Under the pieces are notes generated by a model. That model did no database searches. It saw only the letters and a program-made list of their open reading frames with translations, and was not told the DNA's origin. From NCBI RefSeq assembly GCF_009834535.1, contig NC_045697.1:3660001-3724000 (forward strand): a stretch of DNA of 64,000 bases, in the 5' to 3' direction. Within the stretch, counting starts at the first letter, position 1, and every line of letters starts with the position of its first letter. Both the position numbers and the translations under genes were made by a program. The DNA comes from Camelus ferus. Its lineage: Eukaryota. This document shows positions 1-13,263 of this stretch, piece by piece.

Positions 1-1211
1 CTGTATATACTTCTTTTTCCTTTTTTTTTCCCCATAGGTTAAACTGGGCATCTGTCATCTGCAAATAAAAGATATTACCCTAATGCATCCACTTTAGACA
101 TGAAGAGACTGAGGTCCAAAGAACTCTGTCTTAGCCTGAGTCATTCAGCTTCTTGGTAGCAGAGCAGGGACGAGGATTCTGCTCTAACTCCCGCCCAGCA
201 TCCTCGCCATGTTCCACCTTGCCTGGGGCTGCTGCCCTCAGCCGACTGGCCAGCGCCCGGCACCACGGCAGCGCAGGCACGACTATTTTAAAAGGCTGAG
301 TTCCTTTTGCCTTCAGTGAAAGCCTGAGTTTCTCTTATTAGGTGGCAAAGCAAAAGGGAACCCGCTGTTCTTGGCAGACACACATGGACTTCTAAACAGC
401 CCCAACCGCGGCTGCAACAGCCCCGCGCGCCCAGATGTTTCCCAGCCTCTTTGCACCCTGGCATCTCCCGCTCCTCAAATACGCGAAAGGCCTCAGGCTG
501 GTTGCATCCACCCTGTCCTTATCTCACACGCAAACCTCCTCGGCACCTGCCTCTCGGCCGGGGAGACCTGCAGAACGCCAGGAGACGTGTAGAAGATAAT
601 CGCTCCCAGGATCCAAAGATGCGTCTCGCGGACACAAGTCCTGGGAAGTCTCCACGGAAACACACAAAAACGCATCCTGTTTTTATTAGTACTCAAGACG
701 AACTGTCTCTGGAATAAGCCGCTCGTTTTAAACCACACCAGAAGAGCCAGTGTGTTTCTTGTTAAAGAGAATATGTGGGGTTTTTTTAATTACGGATGGA
801 GCAGCCAACAGAAAAGAAATCTTCAGAGTCCAGGAGGCCCAGGTGATGCAATCATGGCTGGGCTGAAGCGGACTGTCACCCTCCTTGTGCAAGACTCGTT
901 CTTGCCTCAGCCCGCTGAGGGCAGAGTCCTGCATGTGGGGACGCTGGTTGATGAATCCAGCTCTTACTGGGGAAGAGGAATCTGCAGTGTCTTCTTTGCT
1001 GTTGTTCACACACATCCGTACTGTGGTGCGGAGGGAACCTGGCTTCGAATTTGGCCCCTCCACGTACCCCCGAAGGCCTTGAGCAGGTAGGTTACTTCCC
1101 CTCCACCTTTACCTTCTCAGCTGTAAAATGGGCATCTAATAATACCGAACTCCTAGGAAACTGAGGCTGAAAAGCCTTTGATGAGTATCTGGCCCAGAGT
1201 GCACTCTCGCA

Positions 1212-1709
1212 GATGGTGGCTGTGTAAGGATAAAGAAGGCCACGAGTGCTCTGACGCTGCTCCCATCGAGAGGTGAAACCCACAGCCCCTCCCCTTGAAC
1301 CTGGAACAGCTCTGTAGCTTCCCCAGCCATCGAAAACAGCAGAAGGGACACACGACGGCTTCCACCCTTTTGCCTTTTGGAATGCTGGTTCTTGGGGCCA
1401 CCATGATGGGAGGGAGCCCAGACCCATGAAGGGGCCACACGGGGAGAGGGCGACACCAGCCAGCCCCGAGCCGGCCCAGCCGTTCCAGCGCAGGCACCCA
1501 AAACAGGAGTGAGGACGCCGTCGTGGACGTCCAGCCCGGTAGAGCCTTCAGGTGACTCCAGCCCCACCACCAGATAACCACAGCCAAGCGGAACCCGTGC
1601 AGATGGGGCCAGTCAACCATATAACTGTAATAACAGGTGACAGTTTTAAGCCACTGAGATTTGGGGCTGTTTGTTTCTAAAGCGTCATCTAGACATCCTG
1701 ACTGATAAA
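1212..1709 (+). mobile_element. MaLR LTR (MLT1F/G/H-like), approximate bounds
   Basis: 5' GCTCCCATCGAGAGGTG and 3' TTTTAAGCCACTGAGATTTGGGGCTGTTTGTT...CTGACTGATA are typical of MLT1. Confidence 0.7.
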
Positions 1710-2224
1710 AACTCAGCATCCACCCACCACAGCCAAAGTGACTCACGATAGCAGTTTAGGGGCCTGAGATGAGTCAGAGGAGGTGGTTAAAACTCTGCTG
1801 GCCTGACCGAGTCACGACCCCTCCAGCCCCAGACACAAGCACCCAGGGGCCCCGTCCCTGGAGTTGCCACCATGCCCCGGCCTAACTCAGGGGCCATCCT
1901 TTCCCACGAAGACCACAAGAGGAGCTGTCTCTGCAACATCTGTCCTCCTGACGTTTTGATGATGTATTTGTTTTGCAAAACTCTGAGTGGAGCATAGAGC
2001 TTCAAATACTACAAATACTACAAGAGAACTGTACACCTGGGAAGAGGAATGAAATTAAACAAGGGACAGAAACCTCTAAAAATCAAGCCAAGATGAGAAA
2101 ATAGAGAATGAGACACACCAGGTGCCGAGCCAAGGCCACACAGCTAGTGATACTGATAGCCACCACCATTTTCAAAGTGCATTCGCACGCCAGGCACTTT
2201 CGGCTGAGGTCTCTAGTGCTCATA

Positions 2225-2360
2225 AGATACCGTCAGGAAAAGGCCATCTTGTTTTTTACAGATGAAGCACTGGAGGCCCAGAAAGGTTAAGCAACTTGCC
2301 CAAAGTTACACAGCCAGGCCACACACCTGGTGTTTGGAAGATAAAGTCTGAATCCAACCA
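2225..2360 (-). mobile_element. MIR SINE fragment
   Basis: Contains the core TTTTACAGATGAAGCACTGGAGGCCCAGAAAGGTTAAGCAACTTGCCCAAAGTTACACAGC. Confidence 0.75.
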
Positions 2361-5300
2361 GCTGCCCCGTGCTGCCCTATGCAGCAGCAGGAGGGTGTGG
2401 CCTGTAACCTCAGTTAACACACGTAGCGCACCCTCCAACCAGCAAGACCTCTGCCATCCAGCCCTACCGTGACCGGCACGGTCACGGAATTACCCCAATT
2501 TAAAGGCGAGCACCCTGGCCTTGGGAAGGCTCACACGCACGGTGCGCAGGGGCCTCCCCGCTATGTAAGTGCTGGGGCTCGGATGTCAGGTCCCAATGCC
2601 CCCGCCCAGGGCTCCCCCTCCGTCAGGGTGCTCTGCATGGAGGGAGGAGTTTGGCTGTTTAGGTGGCCGGTGTTTTGGGGGGGAGGGGAGGATTAGGGCA
2701 AGGAGGAGCCATGCCCTCCAGGGATGTGGATTCTAGTCACAAGAAGGGATTAGGAAGCACTTCCCTCCCCAGCAACGCATTTGGCCCCTACGAGCCCTCA
2801 AGGCGGGCTCTCCATTGACATCCCTGGCGATGAGGAGGCAGCAGCCCAGCAAAGGTGGAAACTTGGCCATGACCCTCATCTGTACGCGGCAGGGCCAGCC
2901 CTCCCCGGGCCTCAGTTTTACATCCGTCAAGAGAGAGCTGCCAAGCCAGGCCTCCAGCTCCTCTAAGACTATGTTTACGCCCAGATCCTCCAAAGAAAAT
3001 ATATAGGAAACGGTCCCGTGAAGACTCATAAATCTGCTTCTCTGCTTTGCTTTACGACGCCATTTAGGGCTGGCCAAACAACCAAAACACGGCAAGTGCT
3101 GAAGAAATGTTGTTCATTATATTTTAAAGGAATGTTTGGGTACAAATATTGCATTGTTTATTCATTCCAATAATTTTCTTTTCCAAGTATTCCACTGAAA
3201 ACCAGATAATGGATTTCATTACCCAGAAACATTAAAGCTTCCAATAAACTCAAAAGAAACCACTAAAGAAGAGACATCATCTAGAGGATGCAGTCCTCAG
3301 TCAGCCACTCAGCTCTACTGGGGAAAGGGCCGCGGGCAAGGAAGCCTTCCAGCTCTGCCCTCAGGCTCCCCACTGCACCGCTCACACCTGCAGGCCCCAG
3401 GGTCCACTGATGACTGGAGCCCTCGGGGAGCACACACCGAGTCAGAGTCGGGGCAGCACCTCCCTCACCAAGGCTTTCAGAGCAAGGGTCTCACCTCTGC
3501 TTGCGTGGCACATACTTCCTGAGCACTGGCTCTGTGTCCCATGGAGAAGGCTGGGTGCGGAGAAATCAGACCAGGCTTCCTGGAGGAGGAAGCAAGTGGG
3601 CAGAGCCGGGCAGGCAGCGGTCCTGCCAGTGGAGGTGGCTGGGTGGGAGGTTGCACTGCTGGCAGAAAGGAACAGCGGGGTCCTGGGGAGAGAGCTGGAC
3701 GCTCAGCACCACCTCTGTGTGGACACAACTCCACAGACCCTCAGCGTACAAACTCCTCATGCCCGACACGGAGGGGCGGGTGACATCGCCCTGTGGGCAC
3801 CTCTCCCGGGCCGAGGCAGAGCGCTGAGCAGGGTCTCAGAATAGCAGCCACAGACTCACCTCCGGCCCTGCCTAGCGCTGCCCAGGGCCACCATCAGGCT
3901 TCACAAGTGCAAACAAGTCTGTCCCCGCCACCAGCCCTTTGGCCTGGAGCCACTGACGGGGCCTGTGGGTTTCTTTTCTAACAACACCCTGCAGGGACCC
4001 AGCGTTATCTGGCATTTGACCCAATGAGGACACAGGAAAGAGCCAGCTGGGTGGGGTGCTGCCATGTGACCTGTAACCTCTGAACCCTGAAATCTACAGA
4101 TTAGACACAAGAATGCAGGGTAGGGGTTTCCTGAGCGGATGTGGCCAGGTACCCCGAATGCAGACTTGGGCGCACGTGCTGGGGCACAGAGTACCCCAGC
4201 CGTGGAACCTTCCGGCGCTCTATCCAGGCGTTTTCTGCACAGCTGTGGCTTTTGGTATTGGCCCAGGACTGACGCTAACAGTGTGGAATTGTTGATGGGC
4301 TGCTCAGCGGCCCCTTAAAACGGACTTTCAGGGAACTCTCAGTACCCAGGCCAGCATTCCAGCCACTGAACTGGAGCATCCAAGCCCGAGTGCAGAAAAC
4401 CAGGGTGGAGTCGGCATCGCAGGCCTTGGCTGACACTTGGGCATGAGGTGCAGCCCAGGGACTGGGACTGGGAGTCAGTACCCCACACCCCAGGCCCAGC
4501 CTCCCCAGAACTGCTGGAAAAATCCTGTAACCTCCCTAGGGCTCACTCGACTCATATATAAAATGGGACGCGAGTGCCCCTCGCTAGCCCGGCCCCTCTG
4601 GGCACTGTTGCGGGGGCTGCCTCCCGGGAGGCAGGGGGGGTTACTTTTCATGTCACACCCAGAAGGAGCAGCCGCCCTTCCTGGAGCCTGTACTGTGCCC
4701 AGGCCAGTACATCTACTGTGCCCTGTCACCTCCCAGGACCCACGAAGGAGGGCTGTCCCTCCCACCTCCCAGAGACAGAGTTCCGGGTGCCACAGGACTC
4801 AAACCCTGGTCCCCCTGACCCAGACCTGGGCTCTCCGCAGCATCACTGGAAGCCACTACCTTTCTATCTCTCTTATATTTGGAGACAAAAAAAATTCTTG
4901 ACTGACCTCAGATCACTGCAGGAAGATCAGAAGCAAAATTGACTGTGGGCAAGCTGGAGTTCAGTGTCCCGCTTCCAACAGATTCTCCCCAACCCACTCC
5001 CAGCCCAAGGCCCTGAAGGAGTGTCTCAGGGGCTAGAAGTCTCCCTGGAAGTCAGAGGTCACAAATCAGGACCCCAGGCCAAATCTGGCCAAAAGTCAGG
5101 TTTCGTTTGACATGTGTACAGTCTTAAGTTCTTTTAGGCTTGAATACCTTGAGATAGGGTGTTTCCTCCACTTTGCCCGACTCCCCACCTCTCCCTATTG
5201 TCTCCTCCAGCCCCCTTCACTCATTTACATGTGCATGTTTGGGCAACTGCCCCACACCCTCCTGTGCGTAGGAAATGCTCCAGCTCACATGTAGAGAGAC

Positions 5301-8300
5301 ACCGATCTGTGGTTTCTGTCACCTGATCAGTGCAAATGGTTTCCAAAGGCAAAGAGGAGGCCACGCTGGACCACCCTTTGCCAGTTACAGATGGGAAAGT
5401 CCAAGCCCGTCTCAGAAGCAGCATCTTTGTGGGATCTTAACTGTCCCGCTTCACAGACCCGGCTCGTGGGAGCTGCCTCCTGTGGGAGCTGTCCCTCGGC
5501 AATGCTAGCAGCAACTGCGACTGCAACAGTTCACTTGGCCGTCACTGAATATTCGCTGAGCACACACTCTCATGCTAACACCAGGGCCTCGCTCACTGAA
5601 TCCCGAGCCCTGGGAGCCCCATGGGGGGCCCTGCACCAGTTACTCGCTGTTTCCTCATCTGTAAAGCAGGGTGGTCCTGCCCACCCTTCAGGCCCCATCC
5701 CAGGGGCAGCGCCCAGGCCCCTAACCCCCTGCCTGGGACACCCGTCTCCAGGCAGCCCAGGGCCACCACTCATCCCAGCCCCGCACTCACGGAACACCTG
5801 CCCACACCAACCTTGCTCTGGCACTAGGGGAGGGAGGAACTCTGGCACGTGACCAATGACCCTCGTCCAGCCCAAGCCAGGAGCTCCCTAACACCCTGGG
5901 CCCAACTGAAATCCTCGCCATGGGCCGGCGCAGAGGCACTAAAACTGCTCCCATGTTATAGACGAAGAACCAGAGGCTACCGGGGAATAACCCAAGGCCG
6001 TGTGTGGTGAGAGCCAGAGCGGAATCCAGGTCTCTCTGAGTCTAAAGCCCGAGGTACTGCAGAGGGAAAGGAAATCAGGCAGCAATAACAAGTTTGTTCT
6101 ATTGCAAAGCCCATGTCAATCCCAAAGCAGGTGCTTAGAGAACACCACCGCATCCAGCTGATGGCGCCCACAGAGCGAGGATGCTTACTGAGCGCCAGGC
6201 CGGGTGACATCTCGCACTCTGCCCGCCACGCCAGTGGGGGTCGGGGGCCTGCTAGGATTCTGCCCATTTCCTGGTCCAGGAGACCCCGTCTATACAGGTA
6301 CCACCTGGCAAGGGTGGGGCCTGCTTCCAGGCTCAGGCAGAATTGCCGGTGCGGTGGGGGGACCTGACCTCCGCCCTCCCTCCTCATCCGTACGCCCTCC
6401 CACCTCCAGGTGATTGGGGGGGGGGGGAGGCGGCCACCCATACCTGCTGGAGCCTGAGCTCACCCAGGCCCATGGGGGGCAGGGAGGGGAGGAGGGGGAC
6501 ACATGGGCTCCTGAGGCTGCTTCCTCCCCTCCCCGCCTTCCCAAACACAGACGGGGCCAGGAGCCCGGCCAACCACGCAGGCCTTACGTCCCCGGCTTTG
6601 CTGACTTGCATGCTAAGGCACATGGGCTCCCTCACCAACATTCTGGAACCCTTCCGCTCTGTAGAACAATACGGTTGGAGGAGCCTCTTTTGGCTGCAAC
6701 TACCTTTTCCTAATTGCCTGAAAAGGATTTGCTCTGTTTAAGCAAGAGTGTGGGGAGGCAGGCGGGGGCTGGGGTGGGAGTGGGGGGTGCAGGGGGCCAC
6801 AGCTCAGAGGCCGGGCTGCCGGGGCGGTTTGACGGGGCCTCGGGTGCTCAGATCCGGGGATGCAGCACCAAGGCCAAGCTCACACTGCACCTACTTCGTG
6901 CTTTTCAGTGCCCCTGAGCACACACGAGCCCTGAGAAGGGCCTGGCAGGCCTGCGGGGCGCCCCACACTCAACATGCAGGGCAGGTGCCGGAGGGGGCGG
7001 GACAGGACAGGCAGGGAGCCACGCCGAGGCCGGATGTCATCCACAAGGAGAGGAACAGCACCGCCTTCAACCAGGCGGGCTGTCAGCCGGGGGAACGACG
7101 CGGCCGCTCACAGCCTCACATACGAATCCTGAGAATGATCTTGGCGATAAATCACCCTGTGGGTTAGTGCCTGCGTTTAGAAAAACACTCACCTCCCCGA
7201 ACTCCTTCCGAGTGGAGGGGCCCCTCCAGCGGTGCCGGGGCCTCTGCCAAGCTGGGCACGGAGGGCGGGCAGGAGGCGGCAGGCTGCGGAGGGCAGGGAG
7301 GCCCCCTCCCCAGATGCTCCGGAAATGGGAACTCTCCTTCCCGGTCCACGTGGGAAAGGCAGAGCTGGTCAGGGATTAACAGAGGCAAAGACGCAGAGGT
7401 GACTCGGCAGCCCCGAGGCGGCGACTCCACACGGGAGAAAGGGCTAGGGTTTTCCTTCTGGCCCTGGGGCAGCCCCAGCTCGGCCAGAATCCCCGCATCC
7501 CATCGGGCCCCCTCGGGCCCCACGGGAAGCAGGCATGAGGTCTGGCTCTGCTACCGCCCTTAGAGGCTGGGCCCCCTGCACAGATGGCGTCTGGGCACTC
7601 GGATGTCCGGAGGGGCCCACCACCCTAACTGGTGAGTGGGGTTCACACGGCCTAAACAGTTTTTGCAAGTGTGGGCTCCACTGAGCACCCACCACCCCTC
7701 TGGGAGGCTGGAATTTTGGAAAATGTGCATGTGACAGGCTCCCAGCAAACACCCTGGGCTTTTCTGGTGGACCAGTCTTTCTGTGAGTTGTGGCAGCCGG
7801 ATGCTGGGTGCACCCCATGCAACTGTACCCAGAGGGGCCCCTGGGAGCTGGTGTCCAGTGCTCACCCTCCACCCAGTGCAGCTTTTCCCTTTGCTTTGGC
7901 TCCTACCCTGGAATAAGTTACAGCTGAGTAGGACTGTATGTCCAGTCCCATGAGTCCTCCTACAAGTCACGCAGCGTGGGGCTGGTCTTGAGGGCCTCTT
8001 TCTCTGAACCCCAGTTCTCCCTCAGGCGGCACATGGCTAGGGTCTCCTGACCCCTAGCCCCACCTCTGCCCCAAACCCAAGCCCTACGGCCAACATCCAG
8101 CCCCTGCCAACTTTTAATGCTCAAAGAGCAGCCTCAGTGTTGGGAGACCAGAACATTCCACGTGATGACCAAGAGCACATGCCCCCGGAATCTGTACCGG
8201 GGGGTGAGGGAGCTGGTGGGGCCCTCCCTGGCAAGCTGAACCCAAGCCCCCACCCCCACAGTGAAAGACAATCCCTGAGGAGTAGACCCAGGGCTGGAGC

Positions 8301-9957
8301 TGTAAACACACGGCTTGGGGCTCCAGCCGACGACACACTCAGAGGACCAGGGACGATGCCCCTCCAGAAACTTGCTGGAACATGCTGCAGCCAATCTGCC
8401 GCTGGGCTTCTGGGGGTCATCCCATTTGGCTAGTATTTTCCTGGGCTAAGTGACAAGCCACGGGGCACAAGGACACGTCCACAGCTAAGTCTGGTACGAG
8501 ATCAAGTAGGTGCCATCTCAAATTCTGGGAGAAATGATGGGCAGGGGGTTGGGGCAGGGGTCATCTGGGCCAGGGGGCCAGGGAAAGCTTTACCCAAGAG
8601 CTGACATTCGCACTGGGTCTTGAAGTGTGATTGGCTTTGGAAAGCAGGACGGAGGTGGAGACATTTATTCCCAGAGAGAGCAAAGGACAAGAAAGTCCTA
8701 TCAGCTGGCCACGGCAGAGAGGAAGGCAGGGTTGAGGCTAGCAGGACGGACAACGCACATCAGGGCAAAGATCCCGGGGCTGAATCAGGAAGCAGCGGAG
8801 GCCTCCCAGGCTCCAGAGCAGAGCATCCAGTCAACCCTCATCCAGCTGCTTCCACGGGGCGAGCCTGAACTTGGCTGCCCACGGAGGGTGGGAGGAGGGC
8901 CTGGCTGGACCCATATGGCGACTGGGGGGGTCTGGGAGGCTGAAGCCAACCAGGTGATGCAATAACCAAGAGACATCCCAGTAGGTAACTTCCTTAATCG
9001 ACCAAAGCATCAGTCCACTCAGGTCCTGCCTGTGTGTTCACATCCCCACCACCTGGCGCAGAGAGGACACCCGACATGGTCAACCAAAGGGCCAGACGGC
9101 TGGGAGCGGGCATCTCGAAGCTAAGCAGACACACAGGAAGACCACTCCTCCGCCCCCACTCACCCACTCACTCGGCAGCCCCACCCCATCAGCAGGGGGT
9201 TCGGAGGACTTGGAGGTGCGTCTGAGACGGAGCGTGGAAGATGAAATAAGACCACGGTGAGCGGGGGAGACGGGGGAGCGGCATCCAGCACTGCGGCTTT
9301 CAGGGTCTCCTGCGTACTATTTTGTTTCTCACGACAAAGTGCCTCCTCTGCCAGGCCACTCACACAGGGGGCAGGGAGGGAGCAGTCTGCGTGGTCATGA
9401 CTGCGTCCCCAGAGCCCATCACAGTGCCTGTCGAAGAAGAGCGGCTAAGAAGTATGTGGTGAAAGAAAAACTGAGTCGACAAGAGCAGGGGGGCCAGCCC
9501 CTCGCTCCCGTGTCAAGGTGAGCAAAGTGAGCATCCAGATGGCCTGACCAGGACCACTCAGCTTGTGGTGATCAGAGGACAACCAGCCCCAACTCCTTCT
9601 CCGTGGTGCTGGCCAGGGTCCAAGAGGGACACAGAGAGCAAGACCTGGACAGAGGGGAGAAGCAGGGGTCTCGCAAAACTGGGTGCCCTTGGTCCATCAG
9701 CCAGGTCCCCACAAGCCCTCCTCTCCCTACTGGGCAGCAGGAAGTGAGGACCTCTGGAAGGAACTCTGAGGCTGACAGGGGCTCACGGAGGGCAGGGGAG
9801 AGCAGGGCTGGGCGTTTGCAGGCAAGTGCAGGGTCGCACTGCCTGCTTCCAGCCACCCTGGGCAGTGAGTGCTGCAGGAACGATCATGCCCCACGGGGCG
9901 CAGAAGGGTGGAGACCCAGGGGTTATCCAACCAGCCAAGGTCCCAGGCTGCTGGGGT

Positions 9958-10212
9958 AGGCTGCAGATTTAGCAAATGAAAATACAGGAGCCACAATTAC
10001 ATGCAGATTTCAGACAAACAGCAGATTATTCAAGACATTTCTTATTCTAAGGATGTCCCTTGCATTATCTGAATTTGAAGTTTGCATAAACAATTTTTTT
10101 AGTAGAAGCACATCCCAAATATCACATGAGACATGCCTACACTTACAAGTATTTGTTGTTTACTTGAAATTCAAATTTAACTGAGCATCCTCAGTATTTT
10201 CTCTGGCCACCT
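9958..10212. mobile_element. MER53 palindromic non-autonomous DNA transposon (hAT)
   Basis: Ends AGGCTGCAGATTTAGCAAATGAAAATACAGG ... TGAAATTCAAATTTAACTGAGCATCCTCAGTATTTTCTCTGGCCACCT match the recalled MER53 consensus. Confidence 0.75.
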
Positions 10213-11689
10213 CAACTGAGGGTCACACCGGGTCTGAGACCCACATCGTCTGCTGCAGCCACTGTCTTTGTGAACAGAACCCAGGGCGCACGGCCCCTGA
10301 TGGTTTCAGATGTGGTCATCCATGGCCTCTACCAGGGAGAAGTTTATCAGTGACAGGCTGCAGAGTCCTAACAGGGCCCAGGGCCGAGAAGGTAAAGTCC
10401 TCTTTAAAAGACCACAGCCTCGTGACCCAGCACGATCCAGCCCAGAAAACAAGAACAGGACAGAATTCACCAGGCAGCAAAGCCTCGGAGCAGAACCCAG
10501 GGTCACCAACCTCTGCTCCGTTTCGACCTCAAGAACCAGGAAGGGAGAAGTGATTTGGCAGAATCAGGGGCAGATAATCACTTCTAATTACCATCACTCC
10601 AGCCTCTATGCTCCCCAGCAAATTAGAGTTTATCTTTCATTCCAGCTGACACCACGGATAGCTCCACATTACGTATCAAACAAATTACAAATCCCCAGGA
10701 ACAGCTCCTTGCAGTAATTTGCTGGTAAAATATTTTTTGCAGAAGTAAAACCTGATTAGAACAAAGCTCTCCTGTGAACGTTTCTGCTTTCTTCCTCTAG
10801 AGCAAGTGAAATGTTAGGGCCACTGTCGGGGACCAGCACCAGGGGACCAGGGCCCTTCCCAGGGAGCAGAAGTCTCCCCCCGACCAGGGACGATGATGCT
10901 CCCAGATACCCGAATGCACCTGGTGATACCATCCCCTCTGGCCCTGGGATCACTGCCATGGTCCAGAGCACCGAGACTCCATGGGGTCAGGCCACTTGTC
11001 CAGCGTCCACACCTTGCAAGAGCTGGAGTCAAAATGAGATCCCAAGTTCAGCGTGGAGTCCAGGCTGCTTTCTGCAACCTGAGAGCTGCCATCCTGACCA
11101 CAGACCAGAAGGCAGTAGGGCAGCTCTCAGCCCCGGACACTGGTCCAGGAACAGTGTCCATCTTCCCAGAGTAGTTCAACCAGACAGATTAAGGAAGCAT
11201 CAGACCGTTAACCCTCTTTGACAAATACTTGGACTTTTATCTTCAAAGACAAAGAAATCAAAGAGCTGTTTCTTTTCCCTTTCACTCCCTTTGCTGACAT
11301 CCGAAAGGGCAAAGCAGTCTTTTCAGGGCTTCTCACTCACAAACCTGCTTTCTACTTCACAGGGAGGAAACAGCATGCAAAGGGCTTGACCCACTGCCAA
11401 GTTCAGGTCTTGTCCAGAGACCAGTCGGGCACTGGCCAGCTCCTAGAAGGCCGTCCTCTCTGAGTCCCTTCCCCAGGTCCTCTCTATGAGCCAGCCCACA
11501 GGAGGACAGCAGCATGGGGCTGACCTGCATCTCCGGGAGGGCACGGGGGTCCGGAGGATTCCGAATGGGAAAGGGAAACCCCCAGGGAAGCCGTCAAGAC
11601 AGACAGGAAGAGCAGCCCGGCTCCGGGAGGGTCACTCGGTCCCGGCCTTGGGGGCTCCAGTCAGGCATGCTGTACCAGCAGGACCGCTA

Positions 11690-12515
11690 TTCTTGGCAGA
11701 CGGCTTCCCCTGCCCAAACGAGGTCGGGGCACCTCACGGCCACAGCCCTGCCACGGTCCCTTGTCGTCGGCCTCTGTCCCCTCTGCGAAAGCCCAGACGC
11801 TGCGGCTGTGTCCGTGTGGGGCCTCGCCGGTGGGGAGAGAAGGCTCCCTTCCGCTGACTGCAGGTTGAGCACGAAATGACCCACAGCGAGTGGGGGCTGG
11901 GGTGCCGAGGCCCAGAGGGGACGGACGAAAGGATGGACACGACGCCCAGAGACACTCTGCGGGAGGAAACGGAGAGAACGACCAGAAGGCACCTGCGAGG
12001 ACGGGGGACAGCTGAGGCCCGGCTCCCTGCGAACTCGGCGTGGACGCGCGGGCGCGGAGAGCGCGCGCGGGCTGCGGCCGGGCCGGGGGAGCGGTGGACG
12101 GTCCGCGCCGCCCGCTCGGCTCCAGCCGGGAGGTGTGGGCCCCGCACGCGGGACGGGCTGCGGAAGAAGGAAGCCCCGCGCCGGTCCAAGGAGGAGCTGG
12201 CTTCAAATGCTGGCTCCACACGGGACAGCAGCGCTCACCGTCCTCACCAGGCTGCCTCCTGACGCCAACACCTGGCGACACGCGCCCCTCCCCGCCTCGA
12301 GCTCCCCCACCCCACGGCGCACGCGTGGGCGCACAAGCACACACGCGGGGCACGCACATACAGGCGCTCGCACGCACGCACGCTCGCACGCTCAGCCCCC
12401 CTCGCTAAGAGCACCACCAAGCTGTTCTGGGCGCACAGCGCCACTCTGTGGCCCAGAGAAGAACCGCCTGCGCTGATGCCTCTCGGACCCCAGCTCTTCC
12501 CCTATCTGCGTCGTG
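11690..12515. promoter_or_regulatory. Intronic CpG island, candidate alternative promoter
   Basis: Dense CpG (e.g. GACGCGCGGGCGCGGAGAGCGCGCGCGGG), EGR site GCGTGGGCG at 12323-12331, (GCAC)n tract, and two minus-strand GTGAG donors. Confidence 0.7.
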
Positions 12516-13116
12516 GTGATATATATCTTATTTCTTTAAAAAAAAAAAATCAACTCAGTCTGGATTTGGTTTTATGCACAGCAAAGAACATCGCCAGCAG
12601 CATCCAAAGCCCTCGGTAGTACCCAGGGATCCCCTTCGGATCCCTCGTAAAGCCTCCCTCTCCCTCCACCGCCTCTTCTAATTAAATCTGTTCTTCCTCA
12701 AGCGCCAGCTTCCAATATTAATAAAATCATGGTTTACTCTTTTGAGTACGCGTGGGCCACTGAACAGTCGTGTTACAGTAATTTCATTTTGCCTCTGCAA
12801 ACGCAGCCTCTTCATTCCCACCATGAGCTAAACAGAATCTTGTCTCTCTTGCCACTGCATCAGAAAAAGCATTGTTTCTGAAAGAAAGTGCATTTCACAT
12901 TTCAGATGACAGACACTCCATCACACCCTTGGTCCACAACCCATTAGTAACTAAAACTCCTGCACGTTTCAGCACTATGTTCTTTCACTTGTGTTCTCTA
13001 ATTCAGAAGCAAAAGAGACACCTCAAAAAAAAAAAATCACATTTCAGGTGGATCATGGCACAAATCTTAGAGAAATCCAGCTCAACAAAAGCATCCGTGA
13101 TGGGGGGGGGGTGTCA

Positions 13117-13263
13117 GGGGAGGGTATAGCTCAGTGGTAGAGTGTATGCTTAGCATGCATGCACAAGGTCCTGGGTTCAATCCCTGGCACCTCCACTTTT
13201 AAAAATTAAATAAATGCATAAACCTAATTCCCACCCTGTGCAAAAAGAAAAAAGAAAAAAAAA
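13117..13263 (+). mobile_element. tRNA-derived SINE, camelid Vic-1 type
   Basis: GGGGAGGGTATAGCTCAGTGGTAGAG (A box) and GGTTCAATCCC (B box), AT-rich body and A-rich tail. Degenerate TSD: AAAAGCATCCGTGATGG (13087-13103) vs AAAAGTCCATGATGG (~13260-13274). Confidence 0.85.

Noticed and set aside
10..80. Strong plus-strand splice acceptor (polypyrimidine + TAG) suggesting an antisense exon
   Set aside because: The following bases (TGTCATCTGCAAATAAAAGATA) resemble antisense L1, and no downstream donor or ORF supports an exon.
11661..12389. 242-aa ORF across the intronic CpG island
   Set aside because: Typical CpG-island open frame; no homology recognised and out of phase with SORCS2 exon 2.
13117..13196. 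tRNA-Ala-like gene
   Set aside because: Head of a SINE: extra bases in the anticodon region, followed by SINE body, A-tail and TSD.
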